Positions 40,408-50,397 of a stretch of DNA of 64,000 nt are shown one piece after another (position 1 is the first letter of the stretch; each line of letters opens with the position of its first letter). The DNA comes from Nitrospirota bacterium (GTDB taxonomy: Bacteria > Nitrospirota > JACRHJ01), in contig CAVTDB010000003.1 of the NCBI GenBank assembly GCA_963733375.1, forward strand, positions 160,001 through 224,000. Direction: 5' to 3'. The notes under the pieces are model-generated. The model did no database searches and was not told where the DNA came from. It saw only the letters and a list, made by a program, of their open reading frames with translations. The position numbers were made by a program, and so were the translations under genes.

Positions 40408-41507
40408 GGGAATTCTTTAAACCTCGTTCCGGCCCTCGAAAGGACCAGAATCTCTCCGAACATCTCGCCTTGCGATTCCGGTTTTATTATTGAGCTTACG
40501 GCTGTCAGGGACCTGCCCATTATTTTTATTTCCCTGGGCCTTCTGAAAGCCTCCGCCGCGGAGCCGATTACTTCACATTTTGAACACTGGCCCCAGAGTT
40601 TTGCGCTGTCTTTCCCGATGAAGCTTCCGCCGCTGCAACTATATCCTTCAGAGTTTGCCCAACACCTGACGTAGTCTTTCTTGTACATGGGGCACGTCGG
40701 GCAGTTGCATTCCTTGACCTCCCAGCATCTCTTGCCGGTGGGGGCCGCGACGTTCCAGCCAAATACCTCGTCAAGCGGCGGGAGATTTATGAACTCCTGC
40801 ACGGACGTCCCCAGGAGTTCGTGGGACTTAAGCGGCAGATAGTTCTCCACCGATTTGTTCGCCTTCAGCACCACGCCTTCATGGGATAATAAAATAATAC
40901 CGTCCTCCACCTCGTCGAAAATAGTATTCAGCTTCTTCCGCTCCCTGGAGAGTTCCTGCATAAGGTGCGCGTTATCTATGACCACCGCCGCGTAATTGGC
41001 AAGCCTGGCCAGTTCCGCCTTATCTTCGTCCGTAAAGGGCGGGCCGCCCCTGAACGCGGATAGGCCGCCCATTATCTTGCCGTGCGCGATAAGCGGGGCC
41101 AGCGCGGCGGTCGTATAGCCAAGCTCTTTCGCCAGGTCCTTTGAGACGCGGGGGTCGTCGGTTAAATTTTCGCAGAGGATGGATTTCCTGTTTTCCAGCA
41201 CCCAGCCGCAAAGGCCGGACTTCTCTATGGGGAGCCGGATGGAAAGGAATTTCTCCTTGTTCCTGCCGTAGACATGTCCATAATGGATTTCCAGGTTATC
41301 CGGGGAAAGCATGGGGACCGCGACGGTATCTGCGCGTATCATGCGGGCGGCGGTCTGCGCTACAATGTCGATAAGCCTTGCGGGATCAGACTCCTCGGCG
41401 AAGTGCAGCAGGTTCGATTCAAGACTTTCGTATTTTTCGAGCTTGTCTTTAAGGTCTTGAATCTCTCTTTCGTACGGGTTTTGAAGTTCTTCCATCTCTT
41501 GTTCCAT
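40404..41507 (-). CDS. GAF-PAS sensor protein with a Cys-rich (two-CW-type) insert and no output domain
   Basis: GAF (GLCGWV...APLIAHGKIMG...FTDED...AAVVIDNA), PAS (IFDEVEDGIILL), CWE..C.C..CP...CW...C...C..C. Confidence 0.75.
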   Translation of the reverse strand: MEQEMEELQNPYEREIQDLKDKLEKYESLESNLLHFAEESDPARLIDIVAQTAARMIRADTVAVPMLSPDNLEIHYGHVYGRNKEKFLSIRLPIEKSGLCGWVLENRKSILCENLTDDPRVSKDLAKELGYTTAALAPLIAHGKIMGGLSAFRGGPPFTDEDKAELARLANYAAVVIDNAHLMQELSRERKKLNTIFDEVEDGIILLSHEGVVLKANKSVENYLPLKSHELLGTSVQEFINLPPLDEVFGWNVAAPTGKRCWEVKECNCPTCPMYKKDYVRCWANSEGYSCSGGSFIGKDSAKLWGQCSKCEVIGSAAEAFRRPREIKIMGRSLTAVSSIIKPESQGEMFGEILVLSRAGTRFKEFP

Positions 41508-41840
41508 TTCTCTTTTAAAACATAAAACTAAAAAAAAATTCTAAACAAACATTTTTGCATTATATTTCCGGAAGATAAGCATGTCAACATTTATATAAAT
41601 AAATACTTGAAATTTATTTGTAGAATCTATATAATCTAACCCTAAAGTGTTAGAGGAAACTTAAAAAGAGTTTTTTATTAAGCAAAATCAAAGAGATAGC
41701 ATTTAGGAAAAACTCTCATTTAAGTCTCCGTGACGGTTCCTTGGCAACATAAAAATAAGTAAACCCGCTTGAGGACGGGTTGAAAAAAACCGGAAGTTAG
41801 AGTAAAATAGTTTGTATAACGGGCGGCAAACAAAAAGAAA

Positions 41841-42266
41841 TTGGAGCAAAATATGACTAACAATTTGATTTATCAGGAAATCGGCAAGCGGATAAGGGAA
41901 CTGAGGGGGAACGAAAGACAGAAGGACTGGGCTTCAAAGATAGGTTGCGACCAGGGTTATATCTCCCAGGTGGAGAACGGCGTGACGAAGCCTTCGCTCT
42001 CGTTCCTTAAAGGGGTCTCCGGCATCACCAACTCGAGCATCGACTGGATGCTGACCGGCAGGGGTGACAGGTGGTGCGGCTTCAAGAGTTATTCCGCGCC
42101 CTCCGGAGACGACACTATCCAGAAGCTGAAGGACAACCCCAAGCTCCTCTTGGCGGTGGACAAGCTCCTTCGGATGAAGGATACCGGTATGGGCGTCCTG
42201 GAAGCCTTCTACGATATGGACGAACTTCGGATCGAGGGGCTTGCCGAGTTCATCGGGGCGAAATAA
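41841..42266 (+). CDS. XRE-family transcriptional regulator
   Basis: IGKRIRELRG..RQKDWA..IG..QGYISQVENG..KPS...IDWMLTG. Confidence 0.85.
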   Translation: MEQNMTNNLIYQEIGKRIRELRGNERQKDWASKIGCDQGYISQVENGVTKPSLSFLKGVSGITNSSIDWMLTGRGDRWCGFKSYSAPSGDDTIQKLKDNPKLLLAVDKLLRMKDTGMGVLEAFYDMDELRIEGLAEFIGAK

Positions 42267-42398
42267 CGGCGTTAACCCGTTGCTTATCATCTCCGGACCC
42301 GTTACGAAGATGATCGCCCATCGGCATACTACAGCACGCGCATGCCGCCCCTGGAATGGATGGCCTGATTACGCGAATGCGTGACGAGGGGCGAACAG

Positions 42399-42887
42399 TT
42401 ATGTGTCCTTCAGCAGCCGCCCGAGGAGGTCGATAAGACCGCCTACTATTGCGCCCTCTAACGCGAACACGAATAAAAAGATAATAAAGATAAGGCCGCC
42501 TTCCAGCGAGAAAAGCTGGGCGGCCTCTTTTTTTGCTCCGGAAAAAAATGCCGCAGCGACCGCAACCACTATAAATGCCGCCCATGCCGCCGGCATCAGG
42601 AGCATCAGCCTGAACCAGAACCCCCGCCGGTAGAGCCAGCAGCCCGGGAAAAACGGTTCCAGGGGAGACCTTCTCCGGATGACCAGGTCCAGTATCCCTC
42701 CCAGAAGCGCCCCCGCCCAGCCCGCAAACAGCATCAGCAGGAAAACGTCGAATAATTCCGCCTGGCCTTTGCAACTCCCGGAATAAACATAGTACGAGTA
42801 TCCCGCCCCGGGCAGAAGGGCGGCAAGCGAAAAAACCCACCAGAGCGGCTTTTTCGGCTTTTTTATTCCGGCTGCATCAGCGCACAC
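42399..42887 (-). CDS. Hypothetical membrane protein (about 4 TM)
   Basis: Four hydrophobic segments; follows the methyltransferase. Confidence 0.55.
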   Translation of the reverse strand: MCADAAGIKKPKKPLWWVFSLAALLPGAGYSYYVYSGSCKGQAELFDVFLLMLFAGWAGALLGGILDLVIRRRSPLEPFFPGCWLYRRGFWFRLMLLMPAAWAAFIVVAVAAAFFSGAKKEAAQLFSLEGGLIFIIFLFVFALEGAIVGGLIDLLGRLLKDT

Positions 42888-44053
42888 TTCAGGTACTCCG
42901 TCTCCGGCGCGCTCAAAAGCACTGGATGGTCCTTCGATTGGGAACGCGTCTCGATTATCCGGACTCCCCTGCCCGTCCCCGACGCACTCGCCCGTAGCAT
43001 TTCATAGAAATCTTCTCTGCCCAGGTGGTGAGAACAGGAACAGGAAATGAAAAATCCCCCCGGCCTGACGAGCCTTAAGGCCTTGGCGTTTAAATCCTTA
43101 TACCCGCGCAGCCCTTCGGCGATTTTGGCCCGGCTCTTTATAAAGGCTGGCGGGTCGGCCACTACCACGTCGAATTTTTTCCCCTCATCCGACATTCTTT
43201 TAAGGGCCGTCAGCGCGTCTTCCCGTATAAAATCCGCCCGCTCCGAACATCCGTTTAATTGTGCATTCTCCCTCGCGAAAGCCAGGGCGGGCGCGGACGA
43301 ATCCACGAAGGTTGCGCCCTTCGCCCCGAATTTAAGCGCTGAGATGCCCCAGGCCCCGGTATGGCAGAAGAGGTCCAGGACATCGGCATTGGCGGATATT
43401 TTCTCAAGCAGGGAATAGTTGTCCGCCTGGTCCAGGAAGAATCCGGTCTTCTGGCCTTCCAGCAGGTCGGCCTTCAGCTTCAGGCCTGATAAATCAATCT
43501 CTACAGCCCCGCCGTATTCACCGTACGCGATTTTTTTCTCCAGCGGCAGGCCCTCCAGGGCACGTAGCTTCGAGTCGTTCCTGAGCACTATGCCGGAAGG
43601 CTTGTAAACCTCCTTCAGCGCGTCCAGCACGTCCGGCAGGAGCCTCTCCATCCCCTGTGTCAGCGCCTGCACGGACAGCCAGTCTCCATACCTGTCCACG
43701 ATAAGCCCCGGCAGGAAATCAGACTCCGAGAACACCGCGCGCCAGGAATTTCTGTCTGGATAAAACCTCTCCCGGAGACGCTTTGCGTCTTCTATCCTTT
43801 TCTTCAAAAGAGCTACTGTAAACGGCTCGTCCCCGCGGGTAAGGAGCCTGACGGCGATCAGGCTGTGCGGGTTGACGTATCCCGTGCCGACGGGCCGTCC
43901 GGCGTAATCGGCCACCAGCACCATATCGCCCGGCGTAAGGCCCTTGGGGATATCCTCGAACTCGTTTGAGAACGCCCACGGGTGCCCACGGCGGATGCGG
44001 CGGTCTTCTTTCTTCTTCAGGCGAAGTGTCTTAATGGATGTATAGTTATTCAA
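42863..44053 (-). CDS. rlmI: RlmI-family SAM-dependent rRNA methyltransferase
   Basis: GHPWAFSNE, SESDFLPGLIVDRY, GQKTGFFLDQ, VLDLFCHTG, DPPAF, SCSCS, DHP...ETEYLK. Confidence 0.85.
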   Translation of the reverse strand: MNNYTSIKTLRLKKKEDRRIRRGHPWAFSNEFEDIPKGLTPGDMVLVADYAGRPVGTGYVNPHSLIAVRLLTRGDEPFTVALLKKRIEDAKRLRERFYPDRNSWRAVFSESDFLPGLIVDRYGDWLSVQALTQGMERLLPDVLDALKEVYKPSGIVLRNDSKLRALEGLPLEKKIAYGEYGGAVEIDLSGLKLKADLLEGQKTGFFLDQADNYSLLEKISANADVLDLFCHTGAWGISALKFGAKGATFVDSSAPALAFARENAQLNGCSERADFIREDALTALKRMSDEGKKFDVVVADPPAFIKSRAKIAEGLRGYKDLNAKALRLVRPGGFFISCSCSHHLGREDFYEMLRASASGTGRGVRIIETRSQSKDHPVLLSAPETEYLKCALMQPE

Positions 44054-44147
44054 AATTATTCCTTTTTATAAATAAGTTTAAGGGAGATTTATCAAGAAAG
44101 GGCATAGATGTAAAAAAGGAAACTTGATGTGAGGAAGAAATATCTTA

Positions 44148-45140
44148 TCACTTTTTCTTGTGAGTAAGTATAAAGGCTGTTGCAATAATTACAATACCAA
44201 TAGCCACCGCGAAATTTGCACGAGCGCTATCACTAAGATTCTTAATTTTAAGGAAGCTATTAGCACCATACATAAGAGGGATAAGTCCGACTACAACCCC
44301 GGCAATTTTTGTAAACTTCTTCGTAAAAATTGTTTCAATGCTATCCAAAAAACTTTGCTGTAATTCTTTAAGTTTCCCCGAAAGGTGCTCCGTCTCATTA
44401 TCAATTTTAGTGGATAATTCTCCAGTTCTTTTTTCAAACTGCTCTTTCATTAGTAAGACATCTTTTGAAACCATCTCAAATTTTCCATCAAGCGCGACGA
44501 GTTCAGTGCCGATATGATCAAATGGATACCCGGCTTCACGAAGTTGTTTTTTGGGATCAAGTTTAGCAAATGATGACGATATAATTTTATTTTTAGGAAT
44601 GTCGGCTGGAATTTGACGTGTAGAGCGAACTATGCCATCTGAATCTTGATATTTGTCGGTTTCTCGTTCACCGTATGGTAGATTTGGTACTTCATTCCCT
44701 TCGAGAAGAAAGATAGTAAGTTTGAAAATTGGTTCGCCATATTGAACAACGAGTTCTTTATTGGAATTATTTCGAAGGCTCCAATTTAATTTACCTCGAA
44801 ATCCCGCGTCTATTTTAGTTGTAAGTTGAGAAATACCCTCTCGCATCATTGTAGTTGTGGGCGTAATTAAACCCATCAACATGGAATTAGGATAAATCTT
44901 ATTAACCGTGTCAGGCGTAAAATCAATTTTTTCTAAGCTAGAGATAAGTACCGTTTCACCCGGATTGACTTGAAGAAACGTGCCGGGTTTGAGTTCATTT
45001 TCTTCACCCGTCGAACTAAATTTGACATGCGCTCCAAGCCTTAGCTCGATACTATTAGGTTTGATACGATTTTCATCGGAGTCTACAATGATAGAATCCA
45101 ATAATTTCTTAATTTCGTGGTCGGCAAGTACCTGAGCCAT
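44148..45140 (-). CDS. dCTP deaminase/dUTPase-fold protein with coiled coil and 2 C-terminal TM helices
   Basis: LADHEI, IKPNSIELRLG, IDAGFRG, GEPIFKL, KYQ; AT-rich. Confidence 0.75.
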   Translation of the reverse strand: MAQVLADHEIKKLLDSIIVDSDENRIKPNSIELRLGAHVKFSSTGEENELKPGTFLQVNPGETVLISSLEKIDFTPDTVNKIYPNSMLMGLITPTTTMMREGISQLTTKIDAGFRGKLNWSLRNNSNKELVVQYGEPIFKLTIFLLEGNEVPNLPYGERETDKYQDSDGIVRSTRQIPADIPKNKIISSSFAKLDPKKQLREAGYPFDHIGTELVALDGKFEMVSKDVLLMKEQFEKRTGELSTKIDNETEHLSGKLKELQQSFLDSIETIFTKKFTKIAGVVVGLIPLMYGANSFLKIKNLSDSARANFAVAIGIVIIATAFILTHKKK

Positions 45141-45173
45141 AGAGAATCCTTAATCTGCCCTTAACTAGGCCTG

Positions 45174-46200
45174 TTACTCCCGGACATCGACATACGCCTT
45201 TTCCCGCAGTTCGCCTATCCATTTCGCGAACAGCTTCTCGCCCTGCTGTGCGGAAAGCTCCTCGACTATCTCGGGCCGGGCGTCATCAAGGGTCTTGGAC
45301 GACGCCTCCGTCTTCTCCATCACCTTTATAAGCTGGTATCCTTTATCGTCTGATTTTATCGGCTGGCTAACCTCTCCCTGCTTCATGCCGAACGCGGCGG
45401 CTTCGATATCCGGGGCGAGTTCCCCTTTGCCGAACGTGCCCAGGACACAGCGTCTTGGACGCGCCCTCGTCCCCGGTGCATTTCGCGGCCATCTCCTCGA
45501 ACGGCGTCCCCTTTTCTATCTCCGCCCTCGCCTCGTTCGCGGCCTTTAGCGCCCCGTCCATATCTCCGTCTTTAGCGGGGAACAGGATATGCGCCACCTT
45601 GACGGACGCGGGGATTACGAACTTCGATTTATTCTCGTTATAGTATTTTACGATGTCCTCGTCCTTGATGGATATCCTCGATTTTACGTCGTGGCCGACG
45701 AGCCTCATTATCAGGAGCTGGTCGCCCAGGTTCTGCTTATAGTCGTCGGCGACATATCCCTCGTTCTCCAGCGCGGCGTCGAAGGCGGCTTTATCCATGT
45801 GGTTCTTCTTCATGATGTCATCGATGGCCGCGTCCACCTCTTCCTTGGATACCTCTATCCCCTCTTTCTTCGCCTCCTGGACCTGGAGGTATTTGTCCAC
45901 CAGGCCGTTAACGGTCGCCTTCCTTAGCTTCTCCTCAGCTCTCGCCAGGTCCTCGCCGTCGTAACGCTGTTTAAGCTGGCTAAGCGACGGGGCCATCTCG
46001 CTCTGGAGTTCGCTTAAGGTTATCAACGTCCGGCCCGACTATCGCCACTACCCGGTCTATCTCGACCGCAGACGAAGTCGAAACAAAAAATAGCATCGGC
46101 AAAAGCGCGCCTATGACAAGGCTTAACTTCTTCATAATGGAACACCTTCCGTAGAGATTGCAAACATACCGAAAACTCCCGAAAAGATAACATGAAAGGG
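45174..46200 (-). CDS. SurA/PpiC-type peptidyl-prolyl isomerase (several frameshifts; start approximate)
   Basis: ITLSELQ, LQVQEAKKEGIEVS, VAHILF, FEEMA, GEVSQPIKS..GY.LIKV, LREKAYV across ORFs 45174-45386 and 45367-46026. Confidence 0.8.
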
Positions 46201-46327
46201 GCTGTCAAAGCAAGCGATATCATAAATACCGGGAACGAGGGCGGACATGAAGCCGATTAAGAATAACAAGCAGGGGTGGACAGATACATGTTGAACGGGC
46301 TTTTCAACTCTGCTAAAGTGCTCTGTC

Positions 46328-47356
46328 ATGAAAAAGCGCCATCTCATGAAAAAAATATTCCTTCTGCTCATCATTTTGGCCCTCGTTTCCTCCTGCTCCA
46401 AAAAAGAAGGGCTGTATCAGGAAACCCGGGTGATAATGGGGACGTATGTCACCATTACCTTAAACGAGAACGGCAAAAGCCAGGACGATTTGACTAAGGC
46501 TGCCAGTGACGCGTTTGCGCAGATTACGAAGGTGGACGAGCTTATGAGCACCTATAAGCCCGAGTCCAACCTGAGCCGGATAAACCAGTCCGCCGGAATA
46601 GCGCCCGTCCATGCGGACCCGGAGGTCATCGATAACATCGAGAAGGCGCTATATGTCGCCAAACTCACGGACGGCGCGTTCGACGTGACCGTCGGGCCGC
46701 TGGTTAATGCCTGGAAGATAGGCTCCAAAGGTGCGCGTGTGCCCTCGCCGGACGAGATAAGGAAGGCGCTCACACTAGTGGGCTGGCGGAATATCGAAAT
46801 CGATAAACACGCCGGGACGGTTTTCATAAAGAAACGGGGCGCATCGATCGACCTTGGCGGTATAGCGAAGGGCTACGCCTCCGACATGGCGGTTTCAGTC
46901 CTGAAGAAGGCGGGCATAAAGGGCGGCATCGTCGCCTGCGCCGGGGATATAAAAGTCTTCGGCGTCCGTCCTGACGGCACGCTCTGGACGGTCGGCATAC
47001 AGCACCCGCGCAAGAAAGATGGCGAGCTGATGGCCAAGCTCACCCTGACAGACTGCGCGCTATCTACCTCCGGCGATTACGAGCGATACTTTCTAAAGGA
47101 CGGCGTGCGCTACCACCATATCCTGGACCCCAGGACGGGCTATCCCGCGCGGGGGCTGATGAGCGTCACGGTGCTGTCGAAGGAGTCGTGGCTCTCGGAC
47201 TCAATGGGTAAGTTGTTCGTCCTCGGGCCGGATAAGGCTTACGCGCTGGCCCTAAAGCATCCGGAAATCGAGGTCCTGATGATAACCGACGCGGGTAAGG
47301 TCCTGGCGACGGGCAGGTTCAAGGGATTAAAGGTGGCGCCGGTAGGGGCCGGATAA
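46328..47356 (+). CDS. apbE: FAD:protein FMN transferase lipoprotein
   Basis: Lipobox VSSC, MGT, GAFDVTVGPL, IDLGGIAKGY, STSGDYERYF...YHHILDP.TG. Confidence 0.92.
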   Translation: MKKRHLMKKIFLLLIILALVSSCSKKEGLYQETRVIMGTYVTITLNENGKSQDDLTKAASDAFAQITKVDELMSTYKPESNLSRINQSAGIAPVHADPEVIDNIEKALYVAKLTDGAFDVTVGPLVNAWKIGSKGARVPSPDEIRKALTLVGWRNIEIDKHAGTVFIKKRGASIDLGGIAKGYASDMAVSVLKKAGIKGGIVACAGDIKVFGVRPDGTLWTVGIQHPRKKDGELMAKLTLTDCALSTSGDYERYFLKDGVRYHHILDPRTGYPARGLMSVTVLSKESWLSDSMGKLFVLGPDKAYALALKHPEIEVLMITDAGKVLATGRFKGLKVAPVGAG

Positions 47357-47379
47357 AAAATAAATTTAGGAGATTTCCA

Positions 47380-48072
47380 ATGCAAACTGATTGGCAGAAA
47401 CAGGTAAGTGCTAGTACTTTAGAGGGTGCCGCTATTAGTGTAGTTTTAAAAGGTTTACCTAATACATGTCCAGTATGTAGTCATAAAATGACTCCTCATA
47501 TTCAAGCTATTATTATTATTCCATTTCCGCCGGTGAAAAAGGTACAAGTTGCTTTTAGGTGTGCAAATTCCGCATGTCAAGAATTGTTTATTGGAACTTA
47601 TAATTTACTTCCGGGAAGAACTTCTGACTATTTGTTTTTTAAATCTGAACCCCTAAAATACAGAGAAAAAGAATTTCCCGCAACAATTAAAGAGATTTCG
47701 GTCGATTTTGTCAAAATTTATAACCAAGCACTAGCTGCCGAAGCAGCCAATTTAAACGAAATTGTTGGTATTGGTCTTAGAAAGTCTCTTGAATTTTTAA
47801 TAAAAGATTTTGCTTTGAAAATGAATCCCGATAAGGATGAGGAAATAAAAAAATGCTCGCTTGCATCGTGCATTAGTAATTATGTTGCTGATACAAATAT
47901 TAAAGAATGTGCCAAAAGGGCAACCTGGCTCGGAAACGATGAAACTCACTACATAAAAAAATGGGAAGACAAGGATATTGAGGACTTAAAACGACTTGTT
48001 CATTTAACCGTGAATTGGATAGACAGTGTAATACTAACAAAAAAATATACTGACGAAATGGCAAGTTCTTAA
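47380..48072 (+). CDS. Zn-ribbon plus DUF4145/HEPN-like protein
   Basis: CPVC...C..SAC, GLRKSLEFLIKD, RATWLGNDETH; AT-rich. Confidence 0.65.
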   Translation: MQTDWQKQVSASTLEGAAISVVLKGLPNTCPVCSHKMTPHIQAIIIIPFPPVKKVQVAFRCANSACQELFIGTYNLLPGRTSDYLFFKSEPLKYREKEFPATIKEISVDFVKIYNQALAAEAANLNEIVGIGLRKSLEFLIKDFALKMNPDKDEEIKKCSLASCISNYVADTNIKECAKRATWLGNDETHYIKKWEDKDIEDLKRLVHLTVNWIDSVILTKKYTDEMASS

Positions 48073-48116
48073 GGTTGAAACCTTCTTGCCTATAAGGAGC
48101 TATTGATTAAATATGG

Positions 48117-48144
48117 AAAAGGCCCGGCAATAGCCGGGCCTTTT
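48117..48144. terminator. Bidirectional intrinsic terminator
   Basis: AAAAGGCCCGGC-AATA-GCCGGGCCTTTT between convergent genes. Confidence 0.85.
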
Positions 48145-48163
48145 GTTGTAGCGTAACAGTGGG

Positions 48164-49963
48164 TTAATCGTCCCCGCCGCGTCCGGACACCCCGGCGAGC
48201 GCCTGAGATATGGCCTGTATCTGCGCGCTCGTAAGAGAGGAACTTAACGAACTCATCTGGTACACGGAGTTCAGTGCGCTCTGTATCGTCGAGGTCGATG
48301 AGCCTCCTATCGACGAAGTTGCGAGCGCTCCATGACAGCTTGAGCAGTACGTCGTGTAAAGGGTCGGCCCATCCAGGGTCGTGGTGCCTCCTCCCCCGGA
48401 GGTGCCGCCTCCGGACGTGGACCCGCTGAGCGCCTGCGCTATGGCCTGTATCTGCGTGGTCGTGAGGGAACTGAGCGAACTCATCTGGGACACGGAGCTT
48501 ATGCCTGTTTGTATCAGCGCGGCGGTTGCGCCTGATTTAGACGAGGTAGCAAGCGGGCCGTGGCAGCCGGAGCAGTATGTGCCGTAAAGCGTTGCCCCGT
48601 CCGTTGTCGTCGTGCCTCCCCCGGTCGAGCCACCGGAAGTGCCGCCCCCGAAGGTGCCTGAAGTGACGTTGCTGTTCTTCCACTGGTACTGGTGCGGCCA
48701 GTTCGTCGTGTCGGTCGAGTTTATCGCGGTATGGCAGATATTGCAGCCGTTTTTTCTCTGCGGGTTCTGGTAGCCGTGCTCTTCGAGATAATCCGACAGG
48801 CCTTCCCCTTTCGAACTGCTGTGGCAGGCCCCGCAACTCCCGATTGTCTTTGCCGCGCCCTGATACTGGTTGGCCTGGTAGTTGTCGGAGGCTTCCCTCG
48901 ACGGCAACATCGCGTGCGGCGAGTTGTGGCAGGCCGAGCAGTGAAGCCCGCCGTGCCCGGCCGCGTTCCTGTACAGGGTCGTGCCCGTATCTACCTCGGC
49001 GACACCCTGATGGCACGTGACGCATTTCGGCTCGCTCATCCAGGGTATCCTGCCGCCGGTCATTGCCGTATTGGCTACGTTCGCCATATCGCCGTGGCAG
49101 GTGGTGCAGCCGCCGTCGGCATTGGTATGCGCAAGGCTCCTGCTGCACTGGGTCTTGTCGCCGGGATGGCAGTCGTAGCAGGTCGCGCCCTTGTCGCTGT
49201 GGAATTTATGCATCGCCACGGAGAGGTATTCCGTCGCGCCGCCCTGGTTGACGGTATGCAGTACCGGGTCGGCATGGCAGCCGGCGCAGAGCACCGGGCC
49301 ACTGCCGGATAAGTGCGTGCCCTGCGCTGCGTCATGTTTTTTAAGGATATCGCCAAGCGGGTCCGTACTGCCGTGGCACTTGGCGCAGTTTATCTCGTCC
49401 GATACCGGCAGCGTCGTCCGCGTCTGGGCGACGACCGTACCGGCCTTGTTCTTCACGGTAATGATTGCGACCTGGTACGGGTTCCATACTCCTTTGTCGT
49501 TGAGCGGAGTGGCGGGTATACCGTCGGCCTCGAACTGAGAGCCGTGAACGACCATTTTGCCGGCAAGCCCGTTGTGTATCGTCGGGTCGACCAAGTTCAG
49601 CCCCGTGTTCGCCTTAAGGGTGATCCCGAACAGCTTCATGCAATTGGCCCAGAACTGTCCAAAGAGACCCTTGCCGGAGGAATAGGTGTTGCCGACTAAG
49701 CTGTAACTTACGGTCAGGCCCGTCGTGACCACCGTCGGCGGGTCGCCTCGCTTTACCACCTGGACTATCAGCGTATTATAAGGCGGCAGGATGACCGCCT
49801 TGTCGAATTCATTGTTGGCGCAGTGCATGCCGAGGTCGTTCCAGGCAAACACCACGTAATTTGATTTAACGGTTACACTTCCAGCCAATGCCGACTGCGC
49901 CAGCATTATAGTGGCAAAAGAAACTACGGTAATCGTCGCTATCATGCGCCTAATTCCAAACAT
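48164..49963 (-). CDS. Multiheme c-type cytochrome (10 CxxCH)
   Basis: Signal peptide, VFAWNDLGMHC, 8 CxxCH in the core plus two tandem monoheme domains (CSGCH, CSSCH) on Gly/Thr linkers. Confidence 0.9.
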   Translation of the reverse strand: MFGIRRMIATITVVSFATIMLAQSALAGSVTVKSNYVVFAWNDLGMHCANNEFDKAVILPPYNTLIVQVVKRGDPPTVVTTGLTVSYSLVGNTYSSGKGLFGQFWANCMKLFGITLKANTGLNLVDPTIHNGLAGKMVVHGSQFEADGIPATPLNDKGVWNPYQVAIITVKNKAGTVVAQTRTTLPVSDEINCAKCHGSTDPLGDILKKHDAAQGTHLSGSGPVLCAGCHADPVLHTVNQGGATEYLSVAMHKFHSDKGATCYDCHPGDKTQCSRSLAHTNADGGCTTCHGDMANVANTAMTGGRIPWMSEPKCVTCHQGVAEVDTGTTLYRNAAGHGGLHCSACHNSPHAMLPSREASDNYQANQYQGAAKTIGSCGACHSSSKGEGLSDYLEEHGYQNPQRKNGCNICHTAINSTDTTNWPHQYQWKNSNVTSGTFGGGTSGGSTGGGTTTTDGATLYGTYCSGCHGPLATSSKSGATAALIQTGISSVSQMSSLSSLTTTQIQAIAQALSGSTSGGGTSGGGGTTTLDGPTLYTTYCSSCHGALATSSIGGSSTSTIQSALNSVYQMSSLSSSLTSAQIQAISQALAGVSGRGGDD

Positions 49964-50397
49964 TGTCTTTCTCCTTTTCTTTCTGCTCCACTCGGTATTT
50001 CTTCCATCCGCCGCATTTGAGAAAGCTGCCGTCCGTGGTGCAGGCGTCCTGACCTTCACCTAGTTTATTACCTTTAAGGTAATGTAACCACGGTCCAGGG
50101 TGCGGGCGTCGCGACCTGCACTCCTTATGTCTTGCAAACCATGGTTAAAACTTGCGATAAAGCTACCAGCCGCCCCGCTCACTGTCAATAATAATTATTA
50201 TTAAAAACATTTAACTTGTATCGCATTATTTGGTTTTTGTTAGTGATCAAGGGCGGTTATATAACTGTTTGGCTTAGGATTTTTCTCACGGATTATTAAA
50301 ACCGCTTAAGGCGCATCGCGTTTGATTTTCCTGGTCATCGCGCTATACTTCTAGTTATGTGGGCTATTCTGAGTTTTAACGTGGAGAGGGGACGGCA

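Noticed and set aside
49990-50090. Cyclic dinucleotide (GEMM) riboswitch
   Set aside because: Only a loose AAAC...GA.G...GACGC resemblance; I could not build the conserved tetraloop/receptor structure
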